64,000 nt of DNA from positions 64,001-128,000 of IMG/VR virus record IMGVR_UViG_3300046787_000675. One strand, written 5' to 3'. The notes under the pieces were generated by a model. The model worked only from the letters and a program-made list of their open reading frames with translations, searched no databases and was not told the DNA's origin. The position numbers were made by a program, and so were the translations under genes. Positions within the stretch are counted from its first letter, which is position 1. Each line of letters starts with the position of its first letter. This document shows positions 26,323-36,339 of this stretch, piece after piece. The DNA comes from a virus.

Positions 26323-27767
26323 TATAATCCTCCTAGATCTAGTTTTCGTTGTCCGGACATTATATTCGTTATATCCGCATGATAGGAATTAACATCGCTA
26401 TCGAAGTTGTCCGGATCTTCGAACCGACAGAATGCACCATTTAATTTTTGCTTCCGGGTTGTTTTTGCCGTCGATCTCGCTTTATCCGTATGTACGGTAG
26501 CAATGTTATCACTATCCCTATTTCCTATTATAAAACAAAAGTCGAACATATTAGGGAATGTTTTATTTTCCTGCGCATGTGCACCGGTCAATTTTGCTTT
26601 AGGACCTTTCTCATTGGCAACACCCGATAACTGGTGTAGAACTATAATAGGACAGTTAAATTCCTCGGCAAACTGTTTAAGTTTGTGCAGGTTATCTCTA
26701 TCGTGTCTTCTTGCTTGTGGATCTGATTTTATTGAAGGATTGTTTATATTTAACTGGTCGGATAACCTGCCCCACCAATCTATGACTATACATCCCGGAG
26801 GTTCATTATTCGCTATATCCTTATGCACCTCTTCGAATAAACCGTCGAGCGATTGATATTTAGTAGTAGATACATCTGCAAACTTAGAATATTTAAGATA
26901 ACGCGGTTTAGCCTTTGTAAGTAACTCTTTTGTATCTGCAGGTACAGCCTTCCAACCTGCAGAGAAAACCTTACGTTGTAACCCTGTGGCCAGGCAACAG
27001 AACCTTATAAACAAATCACCTTTTAATTTCTGCTCTGTTGAATAATACCAGCAATTTCTAGATGTAGCGACACATGCTGCTAAGATCATACAGCCTATGG
27101 TTGATTTACCTCCGCCGGACGGTGCCAGAATACCTATTAATTCGCCGGGTGCTACGCCGCCGTCTAACATCTCATCTATAAACTTAACACCTATAGATTT
27201 ACGCATAGCTGCAGCAAGCATCTCCTCAAAATCTTGTGCGAAGATAGGTTCTACTTTAGCCCGGGTAAACGGGTCGTTTTCGTATTTTAAAACATATTTT
27301 TTTGCTCGTTCGTAAATATCATCTACTTCAAGATCTTCAGCACCGGTTAGCTCAGTTTTAAACGAGTTACTTATAAAAGATACATAATCTGATTTAATTA
27401 TGGTTATAACGTCATCGTTATTTATTTCCGTTACAGGAGCATTGAATGCATAACGAATAAAATCAGTGTAATATAATGTATCTGCTTCAGATAACTCGTA
27501 GTAGGTAAACCACGCCGGCATATCCAGTGTATATGAAGATAGATTCGGTAGCTTGTGTGTCCTCTCATAATACATATTCATATAATTAAATATTATATTA
27601 GCGAATGGGTAATTATTGAAATATCCCATCTCCAATAATAATTCTTTGGAGGCCTCATATAAAGCTTGATCACGCATTACATGTCGAATTACAGTTTTTA
27701 CATCTCTGTAATCGGAGTCACTGTCTCTTCCGCTACCGAAAGAAGTCAGCGAAAAATTGTCGGGCAT
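26322..27767 (-). CDS. DnaB-like replicative helicase
   Basis: APSGGGKST, YSTEQ, IVIDW, LHQL, DKAR. Confidence 0.88.
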   Translation of the reverse strand: MPDNFSLTSFGSGRDSDSDYRDVKTVIRHVMRDQALYEASKELLLEMGYFNNYPFANIIFNYMNMYYERTHKLPNLSSYTLDMPAWFTYYELSEADTLYYTDFIRYAFNAPVTEINNDDVITIIKSDYVSFISNSFKTELTGAEDLEVDDIYERAKKYVLKYENDPFTRAKVEPIFAQDFEEMLAAAMRKSIGVKFIDEMLDGGVAPGELIGILAPSGGGKSTIGCMILAACVATSRNCWYYSTEQKLKGDLFIRFCCLATGLQRKVFSAGWKAVPADTKELLTKAKPRYLKYSKFADVSTTKYQSLDGLFEEVHKDIANNEPPGCIVIDWWGRLSDQLNINNPSIKSDPQARRHDRDNLHKLKQFAEEFNCPIIVLHQLSGVANEKGPKAKLTGAHAQENKTFPNMFDFCFIIGNRDSDNIATVHTDKARSTAKTTRKQKLNGAFCRFEDPDNFDSDVNSYHADITNIMSGQRKLDLGGL

Positions 27768-28371
27768 ATTCGTTTTCTCCTTCGTTTTGTTTTATTTTTT
27801 CAGTTAGCAGAGGACAAACTATAACCATTTCTGGTGATATTCTATAGTGCTCTCCGATCGCAACGGACAATTTAAAAAATATATCATCTATGAATTTTTT
27901 AGGTAAACTATGCCAGTAGATGCATAGTGTTTCGGCAAGTTGCCAGGGTCCAAGTTGCACTTGTCTATTGCCTATTATTTGCTCAACAGACATACCCATC
28001 TCTTCCCACATCCTTATATTTTCCAAAGCGACATTAAAACTTATCTGCATACGCTGTAGTCTTGTTTTTTTAAAGTCCATGAAATCTTTAACTATTTCTT
28101 TAGAGCACATTGCTGCGTAGTAATTTGCTCGTTGTCTATTCTTTTCATCGTCATCATGAAAGAAACAATAATAGCCTGCGTACTCCATACCGGAATAACC
28201 GACCTTCTTTAGGTAATTATCAATAGGTGCCATTATTTCTAAATTTTCTTTCCGTCGTGTCTTGTGCGGATACCCGCCTAATTTCTCTACCGCTTCCGAT
28301 ATCGAAATAGACAGGTTTAAAAATTTAGATAAACTCCCAAGGTTGTTTAATACTCCATCGTTGTTCCGCAT
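27733..28371 (-). CDS. Hypothetical protein, 212 aa
   Basis: ORF within the replication operon. Confidence 0.7.
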   Translation of the reverse strand: MRNNDGVLNNLGSLSKFLNLSISISEAVEKLGGYPHKTRRKENLEIMAPIDNYLKKVGYSGMEYAGYYCFFHDDDEKNRQRANYYAAMCSKEIVKDFMDFKKTRLQRMQISFNVALENIRMWEEMGMSVEQIIGNRQVQLGPWQLAETLCIYWHSLPKKFIDDIFFKLSVAIGEHYRISPEMVIVCPLLTEKIKQNEGENEYARQFFADFFR

Positions 28372-29782
28372 AGTGTTTTATTCTTTTTTTAGATTTAACT
28401 AGAAACCCGTCACCGAAGTCATCTAGAAAATCGTATACTATTCCTTTTTCTTTTCCCGGAGCCACTCTACTTAACCGACCAACTATTTGTATTGCATCAA
28501 TAGACCCGCCACTTCCGTCTGCACGGATAAGCACATTTAAGTTAGGGAAGTCGACTCCCTCTCGCCATGCCGGTGTAGCTATAACTTTCTTTATTGCGCC
28601 GGCGCGGAATAGCTTTTTCATTCGTGTTAGATCTATATTTCTAATGTTATCTATAAACGGTTTAGTGTCTGTTACTAAACCTAATTTACAGAATTCAGCC
28701 CACTTCTCGTTACCTTCAACAGTATTCGGAATACCTCTATGGGCTATGTAGAAATCCGGCAATAACAAACGCAAGAATAAAGCATGTTCTAAAGTTTTGA
28801 CAAGTATAATAATGCTGTCTTCTTTATGTTTATTTGCTGCCCGGGCAATGGTTTGATTTCTGACATCATTTCGCCAATAACCATATCTTGCTCGCTTTGT
28901 ATCGGAGACATTTCGCTGCTTATCCATTGGCCAAGATGACCATGGCATTACAGTTTTAACAGCGACTATACGTGCTTCGATAGGGCAGACAAGATCAAGA
29001 TTTTCCGCTTGCTGATAAGACACAGTGTATCGTATCGGACCCAGCATTGCTATTATCTCTAAATCACACCCATCTGGTCTACCGTCAGGGGATGCAGATA
29101 AACCGTATTTACGACACTCTATTCTGCTTATAAGAGGTAATTGAATGTCGGATGCGCACCCATGGCACTCATCATAAATAAAAATATCCGGCCAGTTAGA
29201 AGGGAGCTTGTGTAAACTTTTAGATGTTATTACGGCCACTCTACAGGAAGGTTTAAATCCTTTACCCCCTGAAACCATGTGAACTTCTGCGGGTTTAGGA
29301 ACATTCTCTTTTATCCGGCTATATATCTCTTCAAGTACAGCAGCTCTAGTTGTAACTATTGCTATCCTTAATGTAGGATACATTTTTACCATCTGTACAA
29401 TCAAGTAAGTTTTACCAAAACCAGGAGGACATTCTATAATACCCATGCGATTTTTTATTACGACATCAAGAGCTTCGGGCTGAAGCTCTCTCAGTTCGCC
29501 GATATTACTTTTATCTGCAGGTTCTAAGGCCGGTCGATCATCTACAATATTTAAAGTATATCCCTTCTCTTTCAAGTGCTCAACAGCAATTTCCAGTACG
29601 CCTTCGTATGTAATGGCGGAGTTATCTTTGGCTACAGTGTATATTGTCCTTAATTCGGACGTAAACCCATAAGGCCACTTCATTGATTTCTTAACTTTTT
29701 TATAGCTAAGTACAGTAGATAACGACGCCACCCATGGCTTTATATGGACTATTCCTTTAGATACGTAGATGTTGATTAACAT
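28325..29782 (-). CDS. SF2 DExH helicase (UvsW-like)
   Basis: LRELQ, PPGFGKT, YDECH, SASP, EGVDFP, QIVGRLSR. Confidence 0.9.
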   Translation of the reverse strand: MLINIYVSKGIVHIKPWVASLSTVLSYKKVKKSMKWPYGFTSELRTIYTVAKDNSAITYEGVLEIAVEHLKEKGYTLNIVDDRPALEPADKSNIGELRELQPEALDVVIKNRMGIIECPPGFGKTYLIVQMVKMYPTLRIAIVTTRAAVLEEIYSRIKENVPKPAEVHMVSGGKGFKPSCRVAVITSKSLHKLPSNWPDIFIYDECHGCASDIQLPLISRIECRKYGLSASPDGRPDGCDLEIIAMLGPIRYTVSYQQAENLDLVCPIEARIVAVKTVMPWSSWPMDKQRNVSDTKRARYGYWRNDVRNQTIARAANKHKEDSIIILVKTLEHALFLRLLLPDFYIAHRGIPNTVEGNEKWAEFCKLGLVTDTKPFIDNIRNIDLTRMKKLFRAGAIKKVIATPAWREGVDFPNLNVLIRADGSGGSIDAIQIVGRLSRVAPGKEKGIVYDFLDDFGDGFLVKSKKRIKHYAEQRWSIKQPWEFI

Positions 29783-31842
29783 TGCGCTAATTCCTCCATA
29801 TCTATTACTTGAGACTTAGCTGCCTCCATTTCCGGAGAGTGCGTAGGAATTATAATGTATAATCCTTTCTCGGCATATGTCCGGGCAATCTTTAGAACTT
29901 CGATAAGTCCGCGTAGTGCTTCATTATCGAGACCTTCTGTAGGCTCGTCCAATACAATAAGAGGGAGATTAGAACCTTTAACCTCGGCAATAGCTAATCT
30001 GTACGCCATTGCCAGTGCCATTTGTTCGCCGCCAGATAATAACCCTGCCCGGAAATCCGGATTAGTGGGTTTGGATGCACGGAACTCGAAATCAGCATCT
30101 ATCCACGCGGTGTAATCTTTACCGAAGTGAGTTAGATAAGCATCGATGATCGCGTTCAATGCGCCTAGAGCAGTCTGCATAACTCTTTTTTGTAAGTTAT
30201 CTTTATGCAATAGTTTTCTGGCATTCTCGAATTTCTCTAAGGTAGTTATTACAGAGCTTCTTTTTTCCTGCTCGGATTTGTACTCTGTCAGTCTCCGTGT
30301 TTCAGCTTTTATCTCTGCATCGATAGCACTAATATTAGAATTTATATTACTTAATTCTGTTCTTAGCTGTTCGATTTGCTGTTTAAATTTAACGGCTGCG
30401 TCTATCTCTTCTGCCGTAGAGAAAGGCTGAGACTGGGCATTGGCAAGGTTGGCTTGAGCAGTAGTCAAAGTATCTTTAAGAGATTGACCATAACTTATAA
30501 GCCTGTTATACTCGCTGGTAGCGGTATAATAAGCTGTCCATTCTTTTTGGATTTCTGCTACTTCTGCTTCATCGAAATTATCGAGACCCTCGTTGATAAG
30601 CGGTTGAATTTGTAACTTGGCAGTATTTAACCTGTTTTTGGCTAAATTGAAATTATTTAGTTTAACCGTGTAAGCACCTACCTTGGAAGTATAATCTGTC
30701 ATCTCTCTATTGTAGCTTAACTTTCTGTCTTCTACCGCTTTCTTTAAGGTGGTAAGCTCGACAGTTATATCTTCTACAGATCTTGTTAAAACATGTGGTC
30801 GTTTACATGTAGGACACACCCCTTCTTTTGCTAACCGGTATAATGCAGTCAAAGAAGAGATTTCCTGATCTTCAGGAAAAGCAGGTTCCGTAGGTTTAAC
30901 CGGGGCTTTTTCCTGTTCGACGCTTTTCCATTTATCCACTTCCGCAGTCTGTGTAGCTACGTCTTTCTGTAGGTGTAAGAATTGTTGTTTCTTCCTTACC
31001 TTATCCAGAGCATCTGTTGCCAATTCTCTCGTAGGGGCGACAGGGGCCGTTAATATATTAGCACAGAAACTATTATACTTAGCTGTAGCGTCGTCGACTT
31101 TAGCCTGTACTAATGCAATACTATGTGCTAATTGAGTTTGTGACGGTTTAGCTAGAATAGCCTCATATGTAGGTGCTGCTTTAGTATGTTCCTCATAACT
31201 GGCTTTATACGCTGTTAGGAGTTCATCTACCTTTACCCTGCTTTCTTGTAGCTGCGCTATTCTTTCCTCAGTCTCTTTAATAGCTACAAGTCTATCAACA
31301 TAATTAGGCAGTTTATTCTGATAATCCAGTAACATACCGCGAAGTTTCTCTGCTCTTTCCGTTTCAAATAGTTGTTGGAAATATGTCATTCTCTCGGAAT
31401 GCGTCATCTCAATAACATCTGTTAATTTCTTTTGAGCAGAAAAACATGTCTTATATAATGTTGAAGCTGACATACCAAGCATTTCAAAAACACGGTCATT
31501 GGCTTCTGATTGCTGTAAAGCCACTTTAGGCTCGATGTTATCTACAGATCTTAACGATACGGCGCTGTTATGTAGATTCCGAATTAATTCGTACTCCCTA
31601 CCGTTATAATTAAAATATAGAGCAGTGTAACCTGAGCTTGCTGTCCAAGCTAATAATTCTTTCTTTATTTGTTTTTTAGGAGGTGTTTCTCCTGTCAAAG
31701 AAAAGTATAACAAGGTATGGGTAAAGTTTGATTTACCGCATCCGTTTTTACCTACTACTATGGTGATACCTGTAGTAAATTCCATTACAGTGTCATAATG
31801 TTGACACCCATTTTTTACCTTAAGTTTTTTTAAGGTTATCAT
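29776..31842 (-). CDS. SbcC/Rad50-like ATPase
   Basis: GKNGCGKS, coiled coil with CPTC zinc hook, LSGGE, VLDEP..LD, THS. Confidence 0.92.
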   Translation of the reverse strand: MITLKKLKVKNGCQHYDTVMEFTTGITIVVGKNGCGKSNFTHTLLYFSLTGETPPKKQIKKELLAWTASSGYTALYFNYNGREYELIRNLHNSAVSLRSVDNIEPKVALQQSEANDRVFEMLGMSASTLYKTCFSAQKKLTDVIEMTHSERMTYFQQLFETERAEKLRGMLLDYQNKLPNYVDRLVAIKETEERIAQLQESRVKVDELLTAYKASYEEHTKAAPTYEAILAKPSQTQLAHSIALVQAKVDDATAKYNSFCANILTAPVAPTRELATDALDKVRKKQQFLHLQKDVATQTAEVDKWKSVEQEKAPVKPTEPAFPEDQEISSLTALYRLAKEGVCPTCKRPHVLTRSVEDITVELTTLKKAVEDRKLSYNREMTDYTSKVGAYTVKLNNFNLAKNRLNTAKLQIQPLINEGLDNFDEAEVAEIQKEWTAYYTATSEYNRLISYGQSLKDTLTTAQANLANAQSQPFSTAEEIDAAVKFKQQIEQLRTELSNINSNISAIDAEIKAETRRLTEYKSEQEKRSSVITTLEKFENARKLLHKDNLQKRVMQTALGALNAIIDAYLTHFGKDYTAWIDADFEFRASKPTNPDFRAGLLSGGEQMALAMAYRLAIAEVKGSNLPLIVLDEPTEGLDNEALRGLIEVLKIARTYAEKGLYIIIPTHSPEMEAAKSQVIDMEELAQC

Positions 31843-31878
31843 ATTTTCCCTCGCTGAAAAATATCTAGTGTTAGATAT

Positions 31879-32967
31879 TTAAATTATGCATTTTTTGAAT
31901 TCGTCTTCTAGAATATCTAGCGGATTTTGCGCCATCAATAGGGACAACACAAAAGTACAGGTATCCGGATAGGTTTCCCTAAATGCTTCCACCTCCTGTT
32001 CCAGGGAAGTTTCTGTTTTACCGGCTAAGATTTCGAATTTTCTCTCTGCTGTCATTATACAGCCTGTGTTGGATTTCTTCTCGTGCACGTGCACGGATCC
32101 TTGTAACAGAGAACACACAGAATCTGCGAGTGCAGCTTCCGTACTTGTATACAGGAGAGATAGATGCGGGATTAACTCTTTAGTAGATGCCATTGCTTTT
32201 ATCTCTTCTGCGATAGCCACAGGATCATCATCTTTTTTACCGTTTAGAGCGTAATCCAGAACATGTCGGGTTTTGATAGGCATAAATACCCATTCCCGCG
32301 GAGACTCAGATGTTATTCGCATCAATCCATGTGGTCCTATCTGATCCAGTGCACAGGGGTGTAATGGTCCAGGAGAAACAATCATGGTTCCTTTAGAATT
32401 CTTTACAATGCTTGTTTTATGGACATCTCCTACAAAAACATTAAATACATTGCTAGGTATGTCTTCTTTATCCAGATCATAAGATCCTTCAAAACCCAAT
32501 AAATGTTTAAACGCACAGTGTAGGTATAAAATGTCACAAGGAGGTACCCGTTCCAATTCCTCCTTGAGAATCGGTCTAGGTACCCAGTTAAGACCATAAA
32601 CAGTAAAATCACCTATTTTGGTTAGTTTTTTGTTTAGCGGTATACCTCCGAAAACACCTACATGACCTATGTTTGATTTTCTGCATACGTCATGGTTTCC
32701 GTTTATGTAATACGTTTTTATTCCGAGTTTATACAGCTCAGAGATAAAATTACGTATTGCAAGAGCCGTATCATCCTCAATGGCTTTCTTGTCTGTTATA
32801 TCTCCTCCGAGAATAACAGCTTTGTTTCTGTCGGGGACAATGTTATCGTTAATGATAACTTCCCGAGCACTCAACAAGGCATTAAAGGAATCCCCATAGA
32901 ATTCCTCGCGTCTGCTCCAAGAATAGCCATTTAAGTGTAAATCGGCTAAATTATATAGTACTGTCAT
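31879..32967 (-). CDS. SbcD/Mre11-like nuclease
   Basis: ADLHL, GGDITD, GNHD, LH, GDVH, SPG. Confidence 0.9.
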   Translation of the reverse strand: MTVLYNLADLHLNGYSWSRREEFYGDSFNALLSAREVIINDNIVPDRNKAVILGGDITDKKAIEDDTALAIRNFISELYKLGIKTYYINGNHDVCRKSNIGHVGVFGGIPLNKKLTKIGDFTVYGLNWVPRPILKEELERVPPCDILYLHCAFKHLLGFEGSYDLDKEDIPSNVFNVFVGDVHKTSIVKNSKGTMIVSPGPLHPCALDQIGPHGLMRITSESPREWVFMPIKTRHVLDYALNGKKDDDPVAIAEEIKAMASTKELIPHLSLLYTSTEAALADSVCSLLQGSVHVHEKKSNTGCIMTAERKFEILAGKTETSLEQEVEAFRETYPDTCTFVLSLLMAQNPLDILEDEFKKCII

Positions 32968-33377
32968 ACTTCCTTATAATATTTATTTATTAATTTCGCA
33001 TATGCTTTTTTACATATACGTTTTTCTACTGGGCGCGGTGGGACTAATAAAAATACAATCCCGAAAGATAACCATATAGAGAACACAACAGGTATCAGAA
33101 AAGGAAATACATAAAATAACCAGATCGCTCCGATTAAACATAGTATCGTTTCCGTCAGGGTATCTTTAAACCCGTACTTTATGTCTGTTACTGCAGTGCA
33201 TAACCCTATAAATATCAATAACACAATAGCCCATACTGTGTCATCTAGGGTCGGTTGTCTTATGGTGTTCAATACTGCTATTATATTAGCATGTATTAGA
33301 AAAAAAGGATGTATAAAGATAGACATCAAAAAGATCCTAATCTTATATATCCCTATTTTTTTGTTATTATTATTCAT
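32964..33377 (-). CDS. Membrane protein, 137 aa
   Basis: 3-4 hydrophobic segments with basic termini. Confidence 0.7.
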   Translation of the reverse strand: MNNNNKKIGIYKIRIFLMSIFIHPFFLIHANIIAVLNTIRQPTLDDTVWAIVLLIFIGLCTAVTDIKYGFKDTLTETILCLIGAIWLFYVFPFLIPVVFSIWLSFGIVFLLVPPRPVEKRICKKAYAKLINKYYKEV

Positions 33378-33541
33378 CTCAGTGTTTGACCTCGATTATC
33401 CGGACTATCAACAGGGTCTGTTACCTTCTTTTTTTCGACAGGTCTAGAGTGGGAATATAACCTCCCGGTAATAAACCTAGATTTTTCGTGAAAGAAGTGC
33501 ATGTCTTGTTTTTTTCGTCGTAGATAAGGGTCATTCCTCAT
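33374..33541 (-). CDS. Basic 55-aa protein (not in ORF track)
   Basis: GGAGA RBS; MRNDPYLRRKKQDMHFFHEKSRFITGRLYSHSRPVEKKKVTDPVDSPDNRGQTLR*; ATGA overlap with the next gene. Confidence 0.6.
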   Translation of the reverse strand: MRNDPYLRRKKQDMHFFHEKSRFITGRLYSHSRPVEKKKVTDPVDSPDNRGQTLR

Positions 33542-33701
33542 TTTATTTCTCCATATTTTTCCTCTTTAACTTAATGTTTTTTTATTATAAGTCAACGCTA
33601 CTATTTTGTGCTAAAAATAGGCGTTTTTACTGCTTTTGTGCCACAGCTAAGGCATACGCATTATATTATGACATAAATTTGGCAAAAATTAAGGGTATTT
33701 T

Positions 33702-33730
33702 TTGCTATAAGGGGTATATGGCTATATATT
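33702..33730 (+). promoter_or_regulatory. Sigma70-like promoter for the plus-strand gene pair
   Basis: TTGCTA-17 bp-TATATT, 28 nt before the ATG at 33759. Confidence 0.55.
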
Positions 33731-33758
33731 AAGGAAAAACAGCAAAAGAGTGGGTTAA

Positions 33759-34040
33759 ATGTTTGAAAGATTGCAAAAAAAAGCTATAAATTTCACTAAA
33801 GCGATGGTGGAAGCGGAAAAACACTTCAGAGATACAGGCGAAGTACAAGTTAGTCGAGAGGAATACCAAGATAGAGTAAAAATCTGTCAAAGTTGTGATT
33901 TGTACGAGAAATTCGCTAAAGATGAATGCGGTGAATGTCTTTGCTACGTAAAAACACTAAAAGCTTGGGGAGCAGCCTGGCACTGCCCATTATATAAATG
34001 GCCAGGAGATGAATTAAAAATAAATAACGAAAAGGAATGA
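33759..34040 (+). CDS. Small Cys-rich protein (DUF6171-like)
   Basis: VSREEYQDRVKICQSC..CGECLC..K..CPLYKW. Confidence 0.75.
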   Translation: MFERLQKKAINFTKAMVEAEKHFRDTGEVQVSREEYQDRVKICQSCDLYEKFAKDECGECLCYVKTLKAWGAAWHCPLYKWPGDELKINNEKE

Positions 34041-34043
34041 TAT

Positions 34044-34601
34044 ATGTCTATTCAAAGTAAACAACTAGCTCATGATAGAGCGCAGGACCAAATCGAACAC
34101 ATGTGGGCAGAGGACGGTGTTATACATGTAATTGATAAAAAAGGTACAAGACATATGTACACGGTTAAAGAAGCAGCGCAGAAAGCCGTCCTTATAAATC
34201 AGCAATTGGAAGCAATTGATAAAATACAAAGAAACCCTGCTTTAGCGAGTCAATCTTTAAAGAATCAACTGGATAGAGGTAATGCTTTTGTAACAAAAGT
34301 GATCGAACTGTGTAAGATAGCGAAAAGACAACAACAAAGCTCTAATAAACAAGATAAAACTAGTTTATTGAATAATTTCCTTGAAGGTAAAGATCCTAAC
34401 GGGAATAAAATTAAAATAACCGATGAAGATAAGTTAATAGAGTTATATAAGTCGGAATTCTTTACATTGGATTATAGCGATATACGAGATGTTCTTAGAT
34501 CTAAATCATTGGCGGAAGAACATAAGAAACCTTTCCTAAGCAGAATGCACACCCAGAAGGTAGCAGAAGCTAATAACTTTAAACCGACGTTGATTGTTTA
34601 A
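34044..34601 (+). CDS. Hypothetical protein, 185 aa
   Basis: AAGGA RBS; no competing minus-strand gene. Confidence 0.8.
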   Translation: MSIQSKQLAHDRAQDQIEHMWAEDGVIHVIDKKGTRHMYTVKEAAQKAVLINQQLEAIDKIQRNPALASQSLKNQLDRGNAFVTKVIELCKIAKRQQQSSNKQDKTSLLNNFLEGKDPNGNKIKITDEDKLIELYKSEFFTLDYSDIRDVLRSKSLAEEHKKPFLSRMHTQKVAEANNFKPTLIV

Positions 34602-35241
34602 TTGAGTCAAGCCACTCGCTTTTTATAGGTAGAGTGGTTAACTGATTCATATATTCGTTTAGAATTCTTTTATTATTATCTTCTAGGGCGTATATCGATT
34701 CTTGCTGCATTTCCCAGAATGTTTTTTCCATTATCTCATCCCCATCGTAGTTATCATAGATCCTATCTATCTCGGGATCTATCGGGACAAATTTCAATAT
34801 TCTGGGAACTTTTTTAATACCTTCTTGTTGAAGAAGAACACCTATGTATGTTTTTATATCGTCGGAGAACTCTTCTGGGTTATAATCGTCCCCTAATAGA
34901 AGACTTACCTCTGTTATTGCCCATAGAATATCGTCCAGGTCTGCAGGTATCCATTCACTACTTAATATAACCCCTCTATTTAATGAGTTAGCTATTGCAG
35001 TAAATGCATAGATGTCTTTGAAGAACATATTGGAGTTTAGAATGGATATACCTGTTAATATTCTATCGAGCATCATATTATTAGGCAAAATACGCATGTC
35101 TTTGCGCAAAGCCATTTCAAATATATCCGCCTCCCAGTCTAAACATTCTGAACCGAACTCCTCGAGGACTAAAGCTAAGGCAGTTGTACAGAATAATTCC
35201 GGGTTATTTAGGATCTCTGCTTTAGATAGTGGTTGACTCAT
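34579..35241 (-). CDS. Hypothetical acidic protein, 220 aa
   Basis: Last gene of the late minus-strand train; convergent overlap with the plus-strand gene. Confidence 0.8.
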   Translation of the reverse strand: MSQPLSKAEILNNPELFCTTALALVLEEFGSECLDWEADIFEMALRKDMRILPNNMMLDRILTGISILNSNMFFKDIYAFTAIANSLNRGVILSSEWIPADLDDILWAITEVSLLLGDDYNPEEFSDDIKTYIGVLLQQEGIKKVPRILKFVPIDPEIDRIYDNYDGDEIMEKTFWEMQQESIYALEDNNKRILNEYMNQLTTLPIKSEWLDSIKQSTSV

Positions 35242-35244
35242 CGT

Positions 35245-36279
35245 TTACCTTTTAGCAAATGCGTCGATGTATTTTTCCAGCTCTTTTGCAGAGTTTACGG
35301 ATAAAGATTCTATAGCTTCTTTTAAATTAGGGATATCCGTGATTCCAAAGACATCGGATAAGAAGGTTTTTACCTTGTCTTGATTAAATTGACCCAGGCT
35401 AAAGTGTCTACCATTTGCTGTCTTGATAAGATTAGTATTGTATTCATCTATTTCACACATTGCAAATTTATACAGTTTGTGTTCTGGAGGTGTAAATTTA
35501 TCGGAATATTTATGTGTTAAGGAAGCGTGCCTGTCTACAGCGTCCAATGCCGAAGCAATATTCGATATAACATCGGCAGCGATAATACCTGTTTCAGCTG
35601 CAGAGTCCATGGCAACTTTCTCTAACAATAACATAGATTCTACATGTTTAGGGTGGGTGTGTTGGATAGCTACACGGCGTACATTTATCGCTTCTTTAAC
35701 ATCCTTTAGATCAGACACAGCATATCCAGCCGTTTTCTGTAGTGAGATAACTTTATCCCTGCCTAAATCGAAGTTTAACACTGTAGCGGTGGCTAACGCC
35801 TGCTGAGCTACTTCTTTCCTGATATTATATGTGTGATGTCCTGGCGTCAATATATCATTCGCGATCTTTTGTAGATCCTCGATAGTATCAACAGGGATAT
35901 CCGCATATACTTTATCACCGTCTTTATATTTAATGGAGATACCGTTACTTGCTATTTTCTCTAGTCGCTGTGCCGGTTTAAAAGAATCAAACGGCATATT
36001 GTATAGCTCACATACTTCTTTTATTTTATCGACTACTTCCTGTCTTACCTGGACACCTTCCATAGCTTGTTTCTGTATGTAAGATGCGGACAACCATGTG
36101 TCAGCTTTACTGGCAATAGGAAACATACGCAATACGCTATCAGCAAATTGATTTCTGTTAAGTTTATTGATATTGTCTTCATCTGTTAAGGATGCTTCCT
36201 TAACGAAATCTGGCATAGGGTTTTCACTTACTATTTTATAAAAATAGGATTTGTTTTTATCTTTGATGTAATCAATCAT
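35245..36279 (-). CDS. KxA-motif-rich probable internal head protein
   Basis: 11 K-x-A tripeptides in 344 aa (EKIAS, QKTAG, EKVAM and others). Confidence 0.55.
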   Translation of the reverse strand: MIDYIKDKNKSYFYKIVSENPMPDFVKEASLTDEDNINKLNRNQFADSVLRMFPIASKADTWLSASYIQKQAMEGVQVRQEVVDKIKEVCELYNMPFDSFKPAQRLEKIASNGISIKYKDGDKVYADIPVDTIEDLQKIANDILTPGHHTYNIRKEVAQQALATATVLNFDLGRDKVISLQKTAGYAVSDLKDVKEAINVRRVAIQHTHPKHVESMLLLEKVAMDSAAETGIIAADVISNIASALDAVDRHASLTHKYSDKFTPPEHKLYKFAMCEIDEYNTNLIKTANGRHFSLGQFNQDKVKTFLSDVFGITDIPNLKEAIESLSVNSAKELEKYIDAFAKR

Positions 36280-36339
36280 TTTATGGTCCTCTGTTATTCT
36301 TTTATACTATATAAGAGTTGTCATTTAAATCCAACACCG

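Noticed and set aside
32964-33377. Holin assignment
   Set aside because: Hydrophobic, but it lies at the head of the replication operon with no endolysin nearby.
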